A stretch of DNA of 64,000 bases from Octopus bimaculoides (taxonomy: Eukaryota), in contig NC_069003.1 of NCBI RefSeq assembly GCF_001194135.2, positions 27,821,987 to 27,885,986 on the forward strand, in the 5' to 3' direction. The notes below the pieces were generated by a model. That model was not told the DNA's origin. It was given only the letters and a program-made list of their open reading frames with translations, and did no database searches. The position numbers were made by a program, and so were the translations under genes. Below, piece after piece: positions 38,701 through 53,335 of the stretch; positions within the stretch are counted from its first letter, which is position 1, and each line of letters starts with the position of its first letter.

Positions 38701-39799
38701 AGGTTAATATTTTACGTCTAGAATTGAGAAATCTTTCACTGAGCTTATGCCAATAACATTTTTGGGGATGGCATAAATGTCATGACATCTTACTTCAACT
38801 TCCTTGAAACCTGGCATAATAATAATAACAATAACAATAATAATAATAATAATAATAATAAATAATGTCACAAAAACCAATATTAGTAAAACCTTTTGAA
38901 CATATGATGGCCAGAGAAATAGTTTTTGGTTCTTTCCCGATTGTTGTGTGCTAATCAATTGTATTGAAAGCTTTCTTCACCTGTTGCTTCAATCCTGGAA
39001 ATATTGATTATTGGATTCTCAGACCAGCTTTCCTCAGTACTGCTTTACCTCCTCTTCCTTCATTTCCTCCTTCCACATTGCTGTTGTGTTGTTGTTTGTA
39101 ACCTTTAATACTCTCCACTTATTTTTTTAAATTTTTTTTTTTGCTTCTCAGATATTTCTTTAGTATTCTATGCATTTTTACTCTTATATTCTTCTGTCAT
39201 TTAAAAACTTTCAAACTTCCTATTTGCCATTCAGTCTTGTTGTTGCTCTTTAACCATAGGTCAACCCCTGACCAAACAGGTCTNNNNNNNNNNNNNNNNN
39301 NNNNNNNNNNNNNNNNNNNNNNNNNNNNNNNNNNNNNNNNNNNNNNNNNNNNNNNNNNNNNNNNNNNNNNNNNNNNNNNNNNNNNNNNNNNNNNNNNNNN
39401 NNNNNNNNNNNNNNNNNNNNNNNNNNNNNNNNNNNNNNNNNNNNNNNNNNNNNNNNNNNNNNNNNNNNNNNNNNNNNNNNNNNNNNNNNNNNNNNNNNNN
39501 NNNNNNNNNNNNNNNNNNNNNNNNNNNNNNNNNNNNNNNNNNNNNNNNNNNNNNNNNNNNNNNNNGTGTGTGTGTGTGTGTGTGTGTGTGTACAGTTTGT
39601 GTAGCTCAGAGCAGATTATTCAGTAATATGGGGATGACACTCACAGAGGGGATGACATGTGACTGTGACTTCTGGCAGTTTGCTGTGCTTGAAAGGACAT
39701 GCCAAGCTGAGTAAAGGTGTGGTTGCTCTTACATACATGCTTGTCCCTTGCACCCCTCCTCAGCTGAGCATCTCTAATCTTGCAGGCTCATAAATGCTG

Positions 39800-40010
39800 A
39801 TGCCACATAAAAACATAAAAAGCACCCATACTGGAGCAGCATAAAGGCATCCAGTACACTCTGTAAAGTGGTTGGCATTAGGAAGGTTATCCAGCCATAG
39901 AAACCGTGCTAAAACAGACATGGGAAACTGAATAGCCCTTCAGCTGGTCACTTTCTGTCAAAACATCCAACCCATGTCGGCATGGAAAATGGACATTAAA
40001 TGATGATGAT
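39800..40010 (+). mobile_element. Family C element
   Basis: aaaagcaccc...gtggttggcattaggaagg...catggaaaatggacattaaatgatgatgat. Confidence 0.85.
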
Positions 40011-41388
40011 GAACCTTTTTCTAAGACTGCAGGGTGTGATCTGAAAGATATTTGTCTACTGTTTAGAGCAGGTCAAATGATCATGTAAAAGCCTTCTTGG
40101 TTCGATTTGACATTCAATGCACTGTTCTTAAATGGGATTCTGACAGTTTGTCAGAAGTTAACAATAGCAAATTGCAAATATTACAGACTGAAGTGAAGGA
40201 AAGAAAATATTACCATCCCAAGACATTTTCTTTAGTGATATCTGTTCATCAGGTGTAGGTATGGCTGTATGGTTAAGCAGTACACTTTGTAACCATGTAG
40301 CCTTGAGTTCTGCATATTATTGCCACTCAGAGCTATTTCTTAAAATCTCTCATACATTTTCAACCCCCCACACTTGTTTTACACTAATCCTTTAAACTGA
40401 TCCTCCCAGCATAAATTGCCAACAGTCTGGGTCCCCTTCCCACCTATGTTTCTTTCCTGCCGTTGTCGACCTGCAGTTGTTCAAGTTAGTAATTTGATTT
40501 TTCATTAGCGTCTAATACAATTAGCAAAGTGTCTCCATCTTTGTGTTTGTCTGACTCTCTGACCAATACTTCAAAGACAATAAGCTGCTTTGGTATTTTT
40601 ACTGTCTGAATTTCATGGGAATACAGAAAAGCTGCTTAATTAGCTGAGCTTATGACACTTTCGTTATATCTGTATTTTATGGAAATACTAACAGATTTTT
40701 TTTAGTTAGATGGATACCATGTTAAAATATACACACAATTTGACTGTCCATATATTGTGTGTATGTATGTATACATGTGCGTATGTATGCATATACACAT
40801 ATGTGTATGTATGTATGTATGTATGTGTGCATGTATACATGTGCGTATGTGTGTGTATGTGTGTATATGCATATGTGTGAATGTGCGTATATACGCATGT
40901 GTATGTATGCACATGTGTATGCATGCATGTGTATGTATGCATATGCATAAGTGTATGCATGTGTCCATGTATGTGCACGTATAATATATGTGTATGCATA
41001 TGTGCATGTATATGTTCATAAAAGAGACTGACAGAATAAGTACTAGACTTAAAAAATAAATCCTGGGTTCAATTTGTTCAACTAAAACCTGTGACGGCAA
41101 TGCTCCAGCATGGCTGTAGTCAAATGACTAAAACAAGTAAAAGAATATAAGTATGTATGCCCAAAAAGATTTACTCTTAAAATGAGTCCTTTGTGATATT
41201 TGTTCTGCACTGAGTTACAGACACTTCTTTGTTACTGACCATCATAGATACAGTAAACCAGTCATTGCACTTTGGAAACCTTTAACCAATGAATGATGTT
41301 GTTATCCACCAATAGTAATAAAAATTAAAAAAATAATAACTACACCTAAATTTTTACATTCATTAATTTGTTTTGAAAAGTTTTTTCT

Positions 41389-41423
<35 letters not shown>

Positions 41424-43149
41424 TTTGGTTGTTTTACCATAAAAGTAATTTTTAACAAAAGCTATTGTCGTAGATTGCAAACAAAATATATTACATTTAA
41501 CACTGCTATTGTTGTAGGGTTAACTAATACAGTTGTCTGCACATTGTGATAAGGGGGACTTGAGAGATTTCTTTATAATATATAATATATTTTATATCAT
41601 CTAGATAAATATGAAGGTCGATCTTGCAAATTACAAGTTAAAGCAAGGAAAATTGTTTTAATTGTTACATTTTTTTTATTAATGTATGTTTAATCAGTAA
41701 AATTTTTTTCTTGTAAAAATTTTAATCTCCAGTATTGCAGACTTCAAACTGGGAGATGCTGTTTAATATTGATTGATGTTTTGCTATAAAATACATTTAC
41801 TTAGATCTAACATTTATTCCTGAAATGTCTCACATATTTCTATGGTAACGCACCGATGTATCTATTCCTAATATTGCGTATGATAACATTACAACCTGGA
41901 GCTGTAAATAAATTTAGTAATGTATAGGTGGGTAGTAAGTTCAGAACACATTTTAGAATTGATCTTTCAATTCTGATATTGCCATTCTGATAAAATAGTT
42001 TGTTAGATAGAATTCATTTTTTTATATTTTTCCATACTGTCTACTGATTACTTTCAGTATACTTCACAACATAAATTTTATTCATCGACTGAATATCAAA
42101 TTCCAAATGAAAAAAATAACTAAGTTTTTCATTTATGGTTATAAAGCATCAAAGCATTTCTGAACATATATGTTTGTATATCTTTATATAATTTTGTTCT
42201 TTTTTCAGAGACTAAAACTTTTGCTTGTGGAACATTTAGTAGAATCTCGTACAGAATTCAGAATAAATTAACTCTGAACATAAAACTGAAAGTAATTTAT
42301 CAAAATAATTTTATGTAATTATGTTAAAGATATTGTCACTATGGCTGGAGACATTTTGTTAACCAATATGAGAATTTGATATCTCATAATCTGATATCTA
42401 AAATAATTGATCTTGGTATATTTTATAGAAATATCAATAAGTGACTTTTAGTTAGTCTGAAGAAGAAAGCAGTAACCACAGTTTATGAAAACTCTTTCTC
42501 AGAATGTGTAGAAGTAAGTGAGTTCAGCCAGATTTAGGTGTGAATAGTGTTACAATTGAAGAGTGTAGTTGTTGGTAAGAAGAAAATCTGTTAATCTTAA
42601 TTCTGGATTAATGTAATTGAACCTAATATCATGTAATTTAGAAGTTCTTTAAGCAATCAAATTGTTTTGGGGTCAATCCCTCTATGAAACACCTTAGAAA
42701 AGGGTTTTCTGCCACAACATGTACACAGCTACCGTTTCACAATACATACCATGCATTCTCTATACATAGTTGCAACCACTTCTTTATGATACAGCTCCTA
42801 ATTATTTTCTAAACACAGCTGCTATTACTTCTCTATACACAATCACCCAGCAAGTGAAATTGAGTATACAGAAACTATGCAGAAGCCTGTTAGTTGGATT
42901 TTACCTCTACTTTGTTGGTAAACTTTATATGTTACTTGGTTTTATGCCATCACCTGTCTCTTGAGTGATTTTAGTGGAATCCTCTCTGTTCTAAGCATTT
43001 AGACCAAGTGAGCAGTTTCTTTCTTCCTTCCTTTCCTCCTCCTTGTCCTGAAAATCGAGATCAAGCGAGCTTTTGCCCTTTTGCTCGACGTATATATATA
43101 TATATATATATTTAATCTTTGTTCTTTAATATTTTATATTTACTATTAA

Positions 43150-43365
43150 ATGGCACGTGTGAAATTGTAGTCATGGCCATTATGCCAGCGACACAAAAAA
43201 AGGATCCACTGCACTCTCGGAGTGGTTGGTGTTAGGAAGGGCATCCAGCCATAGAAACCATGTCAAATCAGACTGAAACCTGGTACAGCTCTCCAGCTTA
43301 CCAGTTCCAGTCAAACCATCTAACCCATGCCAGCATGGAAAGCAGATGTTAACTGATGATGATGA
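43150..43365 (+). mobile_element. Family C element
   Basis: gcactctcggagtggttggtgttaggaagggcatccag...gatgatgatgat. Confidence 0.85.
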
Positions 43366-43781
43366 TCTTCTTCAGTTATTGGACTGTGTCCATGCAGGGT
43401 TTAGCTGAACAAATTCACCCCACAGCCTATTTTTTTATGTCTAGTACTTATTTTACTGTCTGTTTTGCCAAATAGTTAAGGGAGCCTAAAGGAATCAACA
43501 CAAGTTGACAAGTGATAATTGAGAGCCACGCATAAGGACAGACACGCACACACACACACACACACACTCTCAACAGGCTTCCATAAAGCTTCTGGTCACC
43601 ACATTTGGCCTAGGGCTATATAAGACACATGCCCAAAGTACCATGCTGTGGGACTGATCTTAACTGCACTTTACTGCAAAGTAAGCTTCTTGACCATACA
43701 GCATTGCCATATATATATATATAAAAGTAAGATTCTGGTAAAAATCTAGTAGAATGCTATGCAAACCTCATCCACACTTCA

Positions 43782-43831
<50 letters not shown>

Positions 43832-44275
43832 GACACAGAATTAATTTATCAAATGCTACTCTTCTACTGGAACTTATTTTGTTGTTCCTTGAGGGATGAA
43901 TCCTGTGAGATTTTGAATTCCTATTGTAAATGGATGTGATTAAGTACAGTAAGTACATTTTGCCTGTTTCTGCCATAAATAATGATACAACAATAGTGTA
44001 AAGTTTGTATTGCCATTGGTCCCTATTTTTAAACATATGTTATATTAAAAATACTGGTGCTATTTATTCACCGCTTAAACATCTTCGATTAGAAATAATG
44101 CATTGGTTTAATATTCTATCCTCAATGGGATGTTGAAATCGTCTAAAAAGGAAGTTCATTTCATAATCATGAGAACCCTGATTCAATCTCATTCTGTGAC
44201 ATCTCCTCCTAAGATGGATTTGAGCCTTGTGAGGGAAATTGGGTTAACAGAAATTGTGTGGACATACACTGGATG

Positions 44276-44488
44276 CATTTAAACCAGCCACGTACGGCCA
44301 AAGTATTCTACTTCTTTTTTCTTCAAATTGGCCAGATCCAGCCTCTCACACTTACCCTACAATATTATTCTAAAAATAAACTGTGTCACTCAAATACGAA
44401 ATCTACAAGATAACGCATGATTGATTCCAAGCAATGTGAATAAATAAGCATCGCATTTGACAGAGTAATTGAAATGCTAAAGGGTTAA
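44276..44488. mobile_element. piggyBac-type MITE, one end preserved
   Basis: Ends aatgctaaaggg-TTAA. A second copy at ~59252-59450 begins taaccctttaacatt and shares the internal sequence. Confidence 0.7.
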
Positions 44489-44540
44489 ATTAAAACTTGC
44501 AATACAATGTTTGACTCATGCAGTAACTCTACTAAAGTAG

Positions 44541-44790
44541 CAATGTTGCCTCCATAAACCCTTACTAAATTACCAATGTTTACCCACACAAACTATCACT
44601 AACTAATGTTTGCCCACATAAATCCCACTAAACCATCAATGTTTTCCCATATAAACCTCTACTAAACTATATCAATGTTTGCCCATGCAGTACCTCACTA
44701 AATTATCAATGTTGCCCACATAGACCCTCACTAAATTACTAATGATTATCTACACAGACTCTGCCAATATTTGCCTACATAGACCCTAAA
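44541..44790. repeat. Degenerate minisatellite, ~31-33 bp unit, about 8 copies
   Basis: Approximate consensus caatgtttgcccacatagaccctcactaaattat. Confidence 0.85.
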
Positions 44791-45485
44791 AAAAACAGGA
44801 AAAAAAGCCAAAACAAAAGTTAGTATTTTTTCTCATACAGACCCTTTCTAAACCACCAAATCTATTGACTGTCCTTATTGTTTAATGTAGACATGAATAT
44901 TAAATGACGGACTTTGAACATAAAAGTAATATTTAAATAATATTATGTGTTAAGATGAAAAGGGAAGTTGTAGAGTTTGTCAATATTATAAACATTACTG
45001 TGACTATATTTTATTAATGATGTACTCTGCTTTGAAAGAAAAAAAGCCTTCAGAAAAAGTTATTGTCAATATTAGTGATTGAGGTACTTTCAAACTGTTT
45101 GCCTCCTACTAACAGCTGCCTTATCTGTCAACTGGTCCCCAATCAATATCTTTCCTCTTTCACTTAACACTTACTAAATCTTAGTAAATGGGAAGCAGTT
45201 TGGAGAGAGAGGTATAGAAAGAAAGAAAGAAAAAAATAAATAAAGGAAATTCTTTTTTTTTTTTTTTTCCATTCCTAAACGATAGTAGGAATTCCCAGAA
45301 GGAAACTTGTTATTATTATATATCGTAATCCTTTACTTTATCATAATACCTCCTTCAACCAGCTGATAGGTAGAAAAAGCTTGGAAGAATCTTGATCAAT
45401 ACACTTTTAACTGTGGAATTTATTGGTTTATTTATTTATTCTTATGTGTATGAGAGAAAGAGAGAGAGAGGGGGAGAGAGAGAAA

Positions 45486-45517
<32 letters not shown>

Positions 45518-45656
45518 TAATGTTCTGATTGATCCCAATCTGATATTTTCACAGAATTTGTTCATCTCTCAACAATTTAGACTGCTTTGCTGTCTGTCTA
45601 TAATGGTGGGCAGGGAAGGGTGGGTAGAAGTGAAGTGATAAGACAAAGTACTTTCC

Positions 45657-45699
<43 letters not shown>

Positions 45700-46494
45700 A
45701 ATTACAAATAAAGAAGCAGAGGTTAAGATGGGGGAGAAAAAAAAAACTGTATATGTGTGTGTGTTAGATGTGATATATTGTATATTTTTTCTTGAACACA
45801 TTTTTGCAAACTTGCTTGTTCAAGTAGTGTGTGTGTGTGTGTGTAGCTATATAATACACTTAAGTAATATTTATTTTTTTCCCATTTTGATGTCTGGTTT
45901 TGGTATATTTTACTTCAATGGAAGGATATATATTTGCGTTGTGTGTGTGTGCAATTGTTAGCGACCAAGATGAACTAATGATGTTAAAAAAAGAAAAAGA
46001 CTACTTTGTTTATTTTGCACTGTATATAAAACTGCTGTTGGTTGACTGGAATTTATCAACCTGGAAAGGCAGCTAATCTAAGAGAGAGAAAAACCCGCTA
46101 CCTCATGACTATTCTATGAGCTTGCCACCTTTTGAAGAAATATTACCTTGCTTGGAAACAGGTGAGAGTTGGTGACAGGAAGGGCATCTGGCTGTAGAAA
46201 ATAAGCCAGATTTAGAATAGGTACCTGGCTTTACAAAAACAAGTAATGAGTACTGTGATCAATTCTTTTAACTAAAAATTCTGCAAGGTGGTGCCGCAGC
46301 ATGGTCACAATCTAATGACTGAAACAAGTAAACGATAAAAGTTAAAAGAAATTATGTCATTTGAGAGTTAGAGATTAATAAGTTATCAAATTATTTGGAG
46401 ATGTAGAAGCTATACACTGATATAGCCAGTTTAATATTGTCATCTTGGTTATTAAAGTAACCATGTTTTGGCCATAGTAAACTTCACTAAGACA

Positions 46495-46750
46495 TCATCA
46501 TCATCATCGTTTAACGTCCGCTTTCCATGCTAGCATGGGTTGGACGATTTGACTGAGGACTGGCGAAACCAGATGGCTACACCAGGCTCCAATCTGATTT
46601 GACAGAGTTTCTACAGCTGGATGCCCTTTCTAATGCCAACCATTCCGAGAGTGTAGTGGGTGCTTTTACGTGCCACTGGCACGAAGGCCAGTCAGGCGGT
46701 ACTGGCAACGGCCATGCTCAAAATGGTGCACTGGCAATGATCTCGCTCGA
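46495..46750 (-). mobile_element. Young family C element
   Basis: catcatcatcgtttaacgtccgctttccatgc...ctcgctcgaa. Many CpGs intact despite CpG-poor surroundings. Confidence 0.9.
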
Positions 46751-49700
46751 AAGTCCTAAATCCATAGTAGATTGTTCATATTGTTGTCCATGCCAAGAAG
46801 TCTACTATTATCTCCCTTTTTATGGTTGCTCGTTCATTCGACTGGAATCAGATCAGAGTAAGTTATATTTGATGGACCGAAGGGATTGAACTTGCCCCTA
46901 CAAGCTAAAGTGCTATGTTTGACACTAAACTCTGTCAGACCATATTCTTGGTATAATAGGAAGTTCAGACTTGAAACTCTGCCAAATTACCAATATTGTG
47001 AGAACGAGAAAATTCTAGTTTGTCTTAAGATCAAATCAAACTAAAAAGGAATTAGTCAGAATAAGATATGTTGTCACTACAGGGTGTTTTTTGTTTTTTA
47101 AATGTCTGCTTGAAGATAAGGTGTTCTTTAGAATTATTCTTGTGTTTTTGTTTATTCATTTATTTTTACTGTGAAGCAAAGCTCATCACAATCAGGCATA
47201 TTTGAAGGGGAAGAGCAAAGGTACCGGATGTTCACAAGTGCAGAAGTATTGCAGGAATTAGAATATTCTGGGACTTCAATCAAATGTTTCTCAAAGGCAA
47301 TTTAGAATTTAGCTTCAGTTGACAAGCATGGCAGTTTTGAAGTTGAAAACGAAATGGGAAGTGATGTTTATAATTCATAAACTGAAAGTAAAATTGATGT
47401 CCTGCAAGAATAAAAGCAATAATGGGAAAAAATGTCTAATCAAAGCTCAATATTGGGATTAGATGGAAGACTTGTCAGTTTTAAACATAACCTAACCTAA
47501 GTTTTTATGTGTCTGTCAATTGTTTTCAATAAATCTCTTTCTGTTTGTAGAATATGCATTTTAAAGGGCATTGGCTGTAGAGCTCAGATACAAAAAACAT
47601 GGGTTTTATATCCCCTTAGCTGTGGCTGATAGGGTTACTCAATGATTATATTCATTGTCTTAGTGGATGGTCAGTTACTGGAAATTAGAGTGTTCAGCCT
47701 CTTGCATGTTGATTTCATAAGCAGGCTGTTCTATTTATCAGATCAACTAGAACCCTCATCGTTGTAACTGTTTGAGTGCCAGTTTAAATGTTTTCTTTTC
47801 ATGTAATGAAACCATATCTGATAATCTTGCAACAATCTACAAATCTTAGTGATACTTGCTTGTTCAGGATGAGAGACCTTAACACCAATAATGTTTGTGT
47901 AAGAAGCAGTGACTCCAGGTATTATTAGCTATGAAATCCATAATAAAACAATGTCACATAAATATCTTAATTAATGGGATGTGTGGTGGGTTCGTCATAG
48001 AGCTAAAGGCAATTTAACACAAGAAGAAAGCAAAACTGAAAAAAACTCTATTTGAATATGAGAGGGGTACAGTTTGTAGAAGGCACCACCTATTACAGTC
48101 AGTATATGAATATCAGCACATCATTCCAAAACACATGCAAAATACACTTAGAACACTATTATATCCTTCCCTCTCAATCCAGACAAGTAATTCTTTGGGA
48201 AGAGGATTGACTATGGTGTTTATGAACAAATGAAAATTATATAAAAGATAGTTGAATGCGATAAAGAATAAAACATAACAAAGCTGCATAGAAATGTTGA
48301 TGGGAAAAGAATATAAGAAAGTTAGATGAAGATGAAAGAGCCATATTGGAGTGTAATAGGATTAGCATATAGACAGACAGCAGTGGAATGTGTCCAGGAA
48401 GGGGAGTCCTTCTACCAGGTGGGATGAAGCCTTGGATATTGGATAAACATTTAGAAACTGCACTGTGTGGGTGGGAATTGGCAAGGCATCATCATTTCAA
48501 CTTCCACTTTTCCATGTTTCCATGGATCGAATGGAGTTTATTGAGGCTGGTTTTCTGCAACCAGATCCCTTTCCTGTCACCAACTCTTACCCGTTTTGAA
48601 GCAAGGTAATAATTCTTCAAGACAAGGCAGCAAGCTGATACAATTGTTAGCACACTGAACTTAGCAACATTTCGTCTATCTTTATGTTCTGGGTGCAAAT
48701 CCTTTCAGGGTCGATAAAATAAGTACCAGTCAAGCACTGGGATCGATGTAATTGACCAGCCCCCTCCCCACTAATTTCAAGCCTTGTGCCTATAATAGAA
48801 AGTAACATTTCTTCATGGCTAGACATGTTCTCATAGAATATTGGAAATGAATGACATTGCTTGCATGGTAGTATCAATCGTTTACAACTCTCACATGGTG
48901 TCAACACAAGGAGATACAGACATACAACAGGCTTCTTTCAGTTTCTGCCTACCAAATCCACTCACAAGGCTTTGGTTGGCTTGGGGCTATAGTAGAAGAT
49001 ACTTGTTCAACGTGCCATTCAGAAATGTGCATGTGGTTGGGAAACCGACATCTTGACTACACATTCATATCTGTACTAAGGTGGAAGATACTTAATTTAT
49101 GAGAATAGATTTAAGTAGGAGAGGAGGAGGTAGTAGTTATGGATACTGTGAAAAAGAAAGTTGAAATAAAATACCATATGGAGGAAATTAAGTTTTAGAA
49201 TGAAAGATATTGAATATAGGCTATCAGTTTAAATAAAATGATTTGAAAATATAAATCAAATCTGATATGAAGACATTGAGAAGTTGGCTTGTCATTTTCT
49301 TTGTTTATCAATTATGATGTATATCCTCTCATTGAATTATATTTTTTGTTGTTGCTGTTGTTCATTTGAGTATAATAGAGGATTTTCAGGAATTAAAAAT
49401 GAATAACGCTGTTTTGAGTTAATTTGTTGGTAGTAATAGTCAGGGACAGATTGAGTTAACTCTCTGAAAAGGAGATTAAAAAAATACAACTACAGTTTTA
49501 ACTGTTGCTGTATTATTTGCCACTTGATTTGAGTCGACCTGTACTTTTATTTATTTATTTTATCTATTTATTTATTTTGAATGCTAATTCATAGTATAAT
49601 CCACTAAGTGATCTTGACAAGCATCTCTGATTATAGAAACAACTAAAAGAAAAACAAATACAACCAGTTCAATTTAATCCAAAATATGCTATTTCAAATC

Positions 49701-50129
49701 AAATCTCATTCTATAGATTTAGCAAGAGTAATTTTTGTTGAAATACATAAAGAACATTCCTTTTTGTAATAGTTTTCTGTGAAAAATGATCCGTTAAGCA
49801 AAGTGGTAGTCATGAAGCAGCAACTTGGCAAGCAGAGTTGTGAAGAGGCATTTGTCGAGGTTTTCTCTGCTCTGAGTTCAAATTCCACTGGGGTTGAATT
49901 TTCAGTTCATCCATTTGGAATTGATAAAACAGGCTCAAACATAGCTGGATGGTTAAGAAGTTTGCTTTGCCACTATGTAATTTTGGGTTCAATTTCACTG
50001 GATAGTACATTAGGCAAGTGTCTTCAATAGCCCTGGGCTAACCGATGTCTTGTGAGTGAATATGGTAGATAGAAACTGTGAGTAAGCCAATCTTGTGTGT
50101 GTATGTGTGTGTGTGTATGTATGTATGTA

Positions 50130-50587
50130 TAGGTCATCATCGACTTATGACCTATCCGACTTACAATCATTTGATTTTACGATGGTTGGCATGCCAACTC
50201 CCAGTAGCAATAATAAATAGTCCAGCTGAAATCTAATGGGTTTAATTTCTTAGAAATTAACCCATCTACAGATGATGTCAGCTAACAAACACATGCCCTA
50301 GGTTTGGTTATGAATTGCCACTATGTTGGATTACTATCCTGTCACAGAGACATCAAGGCAACCTCATATTTGTTTATAAGATGACTCCTTGAGACCCCAA
50401 AATTTTTTACTAACACCAGTATAATAGTTGAATACAGAATGCTGTGTGTGACTTTAACCTAAGAATGTACCTTAAGAATGTGAAAATATAAAACAAAGCT
50501 TAGTAGGCCTATGGGCTGACTTAGGACCAAATTGACTTATGACCAGCCAGTTGGAATCAATTGTGGTTGTAAGTCAACGACGACCTG
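50130..50587. mobile_element. Tigger/pogo-type MITE
   Basis: TA-flanked TIRs taggtcatcatcgacttatgacc / ggttgtaagtcaacgacgacctg, with internal gacttaYgacc subterminal repeats. Confidence 0.8.
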
Positions 50588-52623
50588 TATATATGCACAT
50601 ATGTATGTATATTTATGTGTATGTATGTATATATATGTATGTAAACCAGTGTTGGTTTGTTTACATTCACTTAACTTCTCTCTTTCTCATTAATTACATG
50701 AAAGTATTCAATATTGCCCTTTAAAGCTGATCGCTAAGCTTTAATTTCAAGACATCTTAAAATTGAAAAGTATGAAATAAGTATTAGGGCTTAAAGAGTT
50801 AAAACTAAAAAAAAAAAAAATCTATGAAGAAAATTTTGACAAACTCTTCAGTAATAATTTTAACAATAAATCATAAAGCTCATTTTAAGTGACATTTATT
50901 GAAGTATTTTATTAGTAGTGTCTCCTACACAACAAATAAGTTTAAAATGTAACATTGATTTTATTCTGCAATTCATTTTGTAAGAATCCACTCATTTATT
51001 AAATAAATCCACAGACACTTGATACTTCCAGAGAAATTACAGCATCACACTCAATAGATTTCTGTTCAATAATAGAGTTTATATTCATTGTGTGTGTGTT
51101 CCTACACATAGACACATTCATGCTTCCATTCTTTCTCAAATTCCACTCACAAAGTCACTGGCTTGGGAATGAAATTTGCTTAGGAGGTCCAAACCCAAGT
51201 TCAGAATTTTTTACAAACAAGGTCTTATTGTTTTTTTCTTTATTTACATTTTGTTCTTTGAGAAGAAACCTAACTTCAAGCTACTTTTTACAGATCACTT
51301 TTTATGCATCATTTTCTAAATCTGAGACATGTAGGGGTGCAAATTTTGATTTTGCATCCCCAACAAATTTTAACGGGTGCAAGCGTATGTATCCCCTGTT
51401 TCCAGACCTGTGTACAAGGTTTTGGTCAATTTGAGGCTTTGGTAATAATGATAATAAAAAAATTAACCAAGGTGCTGTGCTCTGGAATCAAACCAGGTAC
51501 CATGAGTTTTCTAGGCAAATTTCTAAACCATACAACTGTGCCTGCTGAGTAAATTATTTTCCTTTTATAAAATGACAATTAGATCAAAATTTTCTGAAGA
51601 ATTCCTTATGAGAATAAGCTGTATATAAGTTGCATTTTTTGTCTTTTCACAAACAACACTTATAGGAATCTGTATACAGGATAGGGTTAACTAAGAACTG
51701 ATTATTGTTTCTATTACAATTTATTCTCTATTTGCTAGGAATCTACTTTCGTTTTGCTAGTATTAAGTTAGAGCTAAAATGCCAAATGTTTTTTCGTTTT
51801 TTTTTTTTAACAGATGTAATATAATCATCTGACTGAATGTGTTAATATTTTTCATCTTTCTGGTTAGATATTATCTGAATAATTTATCACTATTACAACT
51901 ATGCTTCATTACAATTAGATTCTTTGGAAAATGGAACTTAATGTTTTACCAAATGATATTTTTCTCTCTCAGCAGTTTCAAAACTGACCAAGTCTGAAGT
52001 GTAATAATTAACACGTTCAGTTTGTGAAGAACTTGGCGTTAATGAATACCAATGAGATGTTTGGTGATGTGGAACTATTATATGACTAGTAAAGTTCCCA
52101 ACAGTTACCTCATTATCGTAGAACATACATCCACACTGGCAATTAAGCTGTAATGATAAGAAGGGCTGAAAGTAGTTAGACTTCTCATTACACCATTTTA
52201 ATGTACTAAGTGATGTATGCCACGTATTACTATTACCATAAATCTATCAAATCCACACTCCATAGCTTATGCTTTGTTATTTTATATTCTCTTTAGCTGC
52301 TTTTACTAATGACTCTTCCGAAACATTTTTTTGTTCCCTCATAACAAAAGTTAACTCATTCGTGTTGCGCTTACTTTCCGTTATAGTCACCGTTTAGTCC
52401 CTGTATGTTTCCTTTATTTTATGTGCTAGCTGGTTATTAATGGTTTTGATGCAACAGGAGACATAGCAGAAATCTAAGTCATTTATGAATAACAGTTTCT
52501 GTTCACAATATATTTTTATGAGATAAGTTTAAAACTGAACAGTTCGAGTTGTCTTTTTGGTTTCAGGTCAACGACCCTTGTTGAGCAGACCTATGATGAT
52601 TGGCGTTTTATTGAGATATAGTG

Positions 52624-53335
52624 TACAAGATGGTTATCAAAAGAGTTCCTGGACTAGTCATGTTTAATAAAAAATAACTTACTTGCCCAAATTTTAACAT
52701 CATCACCTTTGAATTAATCACCTTGTGCAACAATACACCAGTCTCAGCGTTCCTGTTACTATTGGAACCTGGCCTGAAAGTTGTTTTCCATGTGTTTTAC
52801 TTTGGATCTCAGCAATGGTGTTAAAACAGTGGCCTTTGAGTTACATTTTCATCACAAGTGAGAACAATCTAATTCTTTGCACTTCAAAACATTGTAGTAG
52901 ATGGACTGCCTTGGGGGATAAATTCTTGATGCACAATACCACATTTCTGGGGGTGACACTCGTGGCAGGTCTTCTAGATCACTTATCATCTTCCAGGGAC
53001 ATTTTTCTGCTTTTGAAGTGCCCGTGCCACTTGAAATGTTGCCTACAACCTATTGCCTCATCGCCATAAGCTTACCAAAGCATGCTTAATGTCTTTATAG
53101 CAGACTTCCCATGTCTAACACAAAATTTCACATTGGCTCCTTGTTCCGACTTCCTGTTCAGGACAAAAATCACAGACTACAACATACACATGATCACAGA
53201 AACAGAAATTTCACAACTTGTTGCACATTCCCTGATGAAGGTCACTGCTAGATGTCACTGCACATGCAAGTGTGTGCTGCCATCTGTTGGCATGCTATAA
53301 ACCTTGTTCGGGAACTTTTTGATACCGCTTCATTT
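52624..53335 (-). mobile_element. Internally deleted mariner-like element, second family
   Basis: TIR-like ends ggttatcaaaagagttcctggac / gttcgggaactttttgataccg. N-terminal HTH remnant NVKFCVRHGKSAIKTLSMLW*AYGDEAIGCRQHFKWHGHFKSRKMSLEDDK*SRRPATS. Confidence 0.88.

Noticed and set aside
44541-44790. CRISPR-like array of ~31 bp repeats
   Set aside because: Contiguous degenerate units with no unique spacers and no cas genes, in eukaryotic context; a minisatellite.
46871-46942. tRNA gene on the minus strand (ggtctga...gttcaatcccttcggtcca)
   Set aside because: Partial acceptor stem and B-box only; D and anticodon arms do not fold properly. At most a decayed tRNA-like head. Other tRNA-like stretches are SINE heads.
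47860-48380. Possible LINE or Penelope remnant
   Set aside because: No diagnostic motif could be read with confidence.
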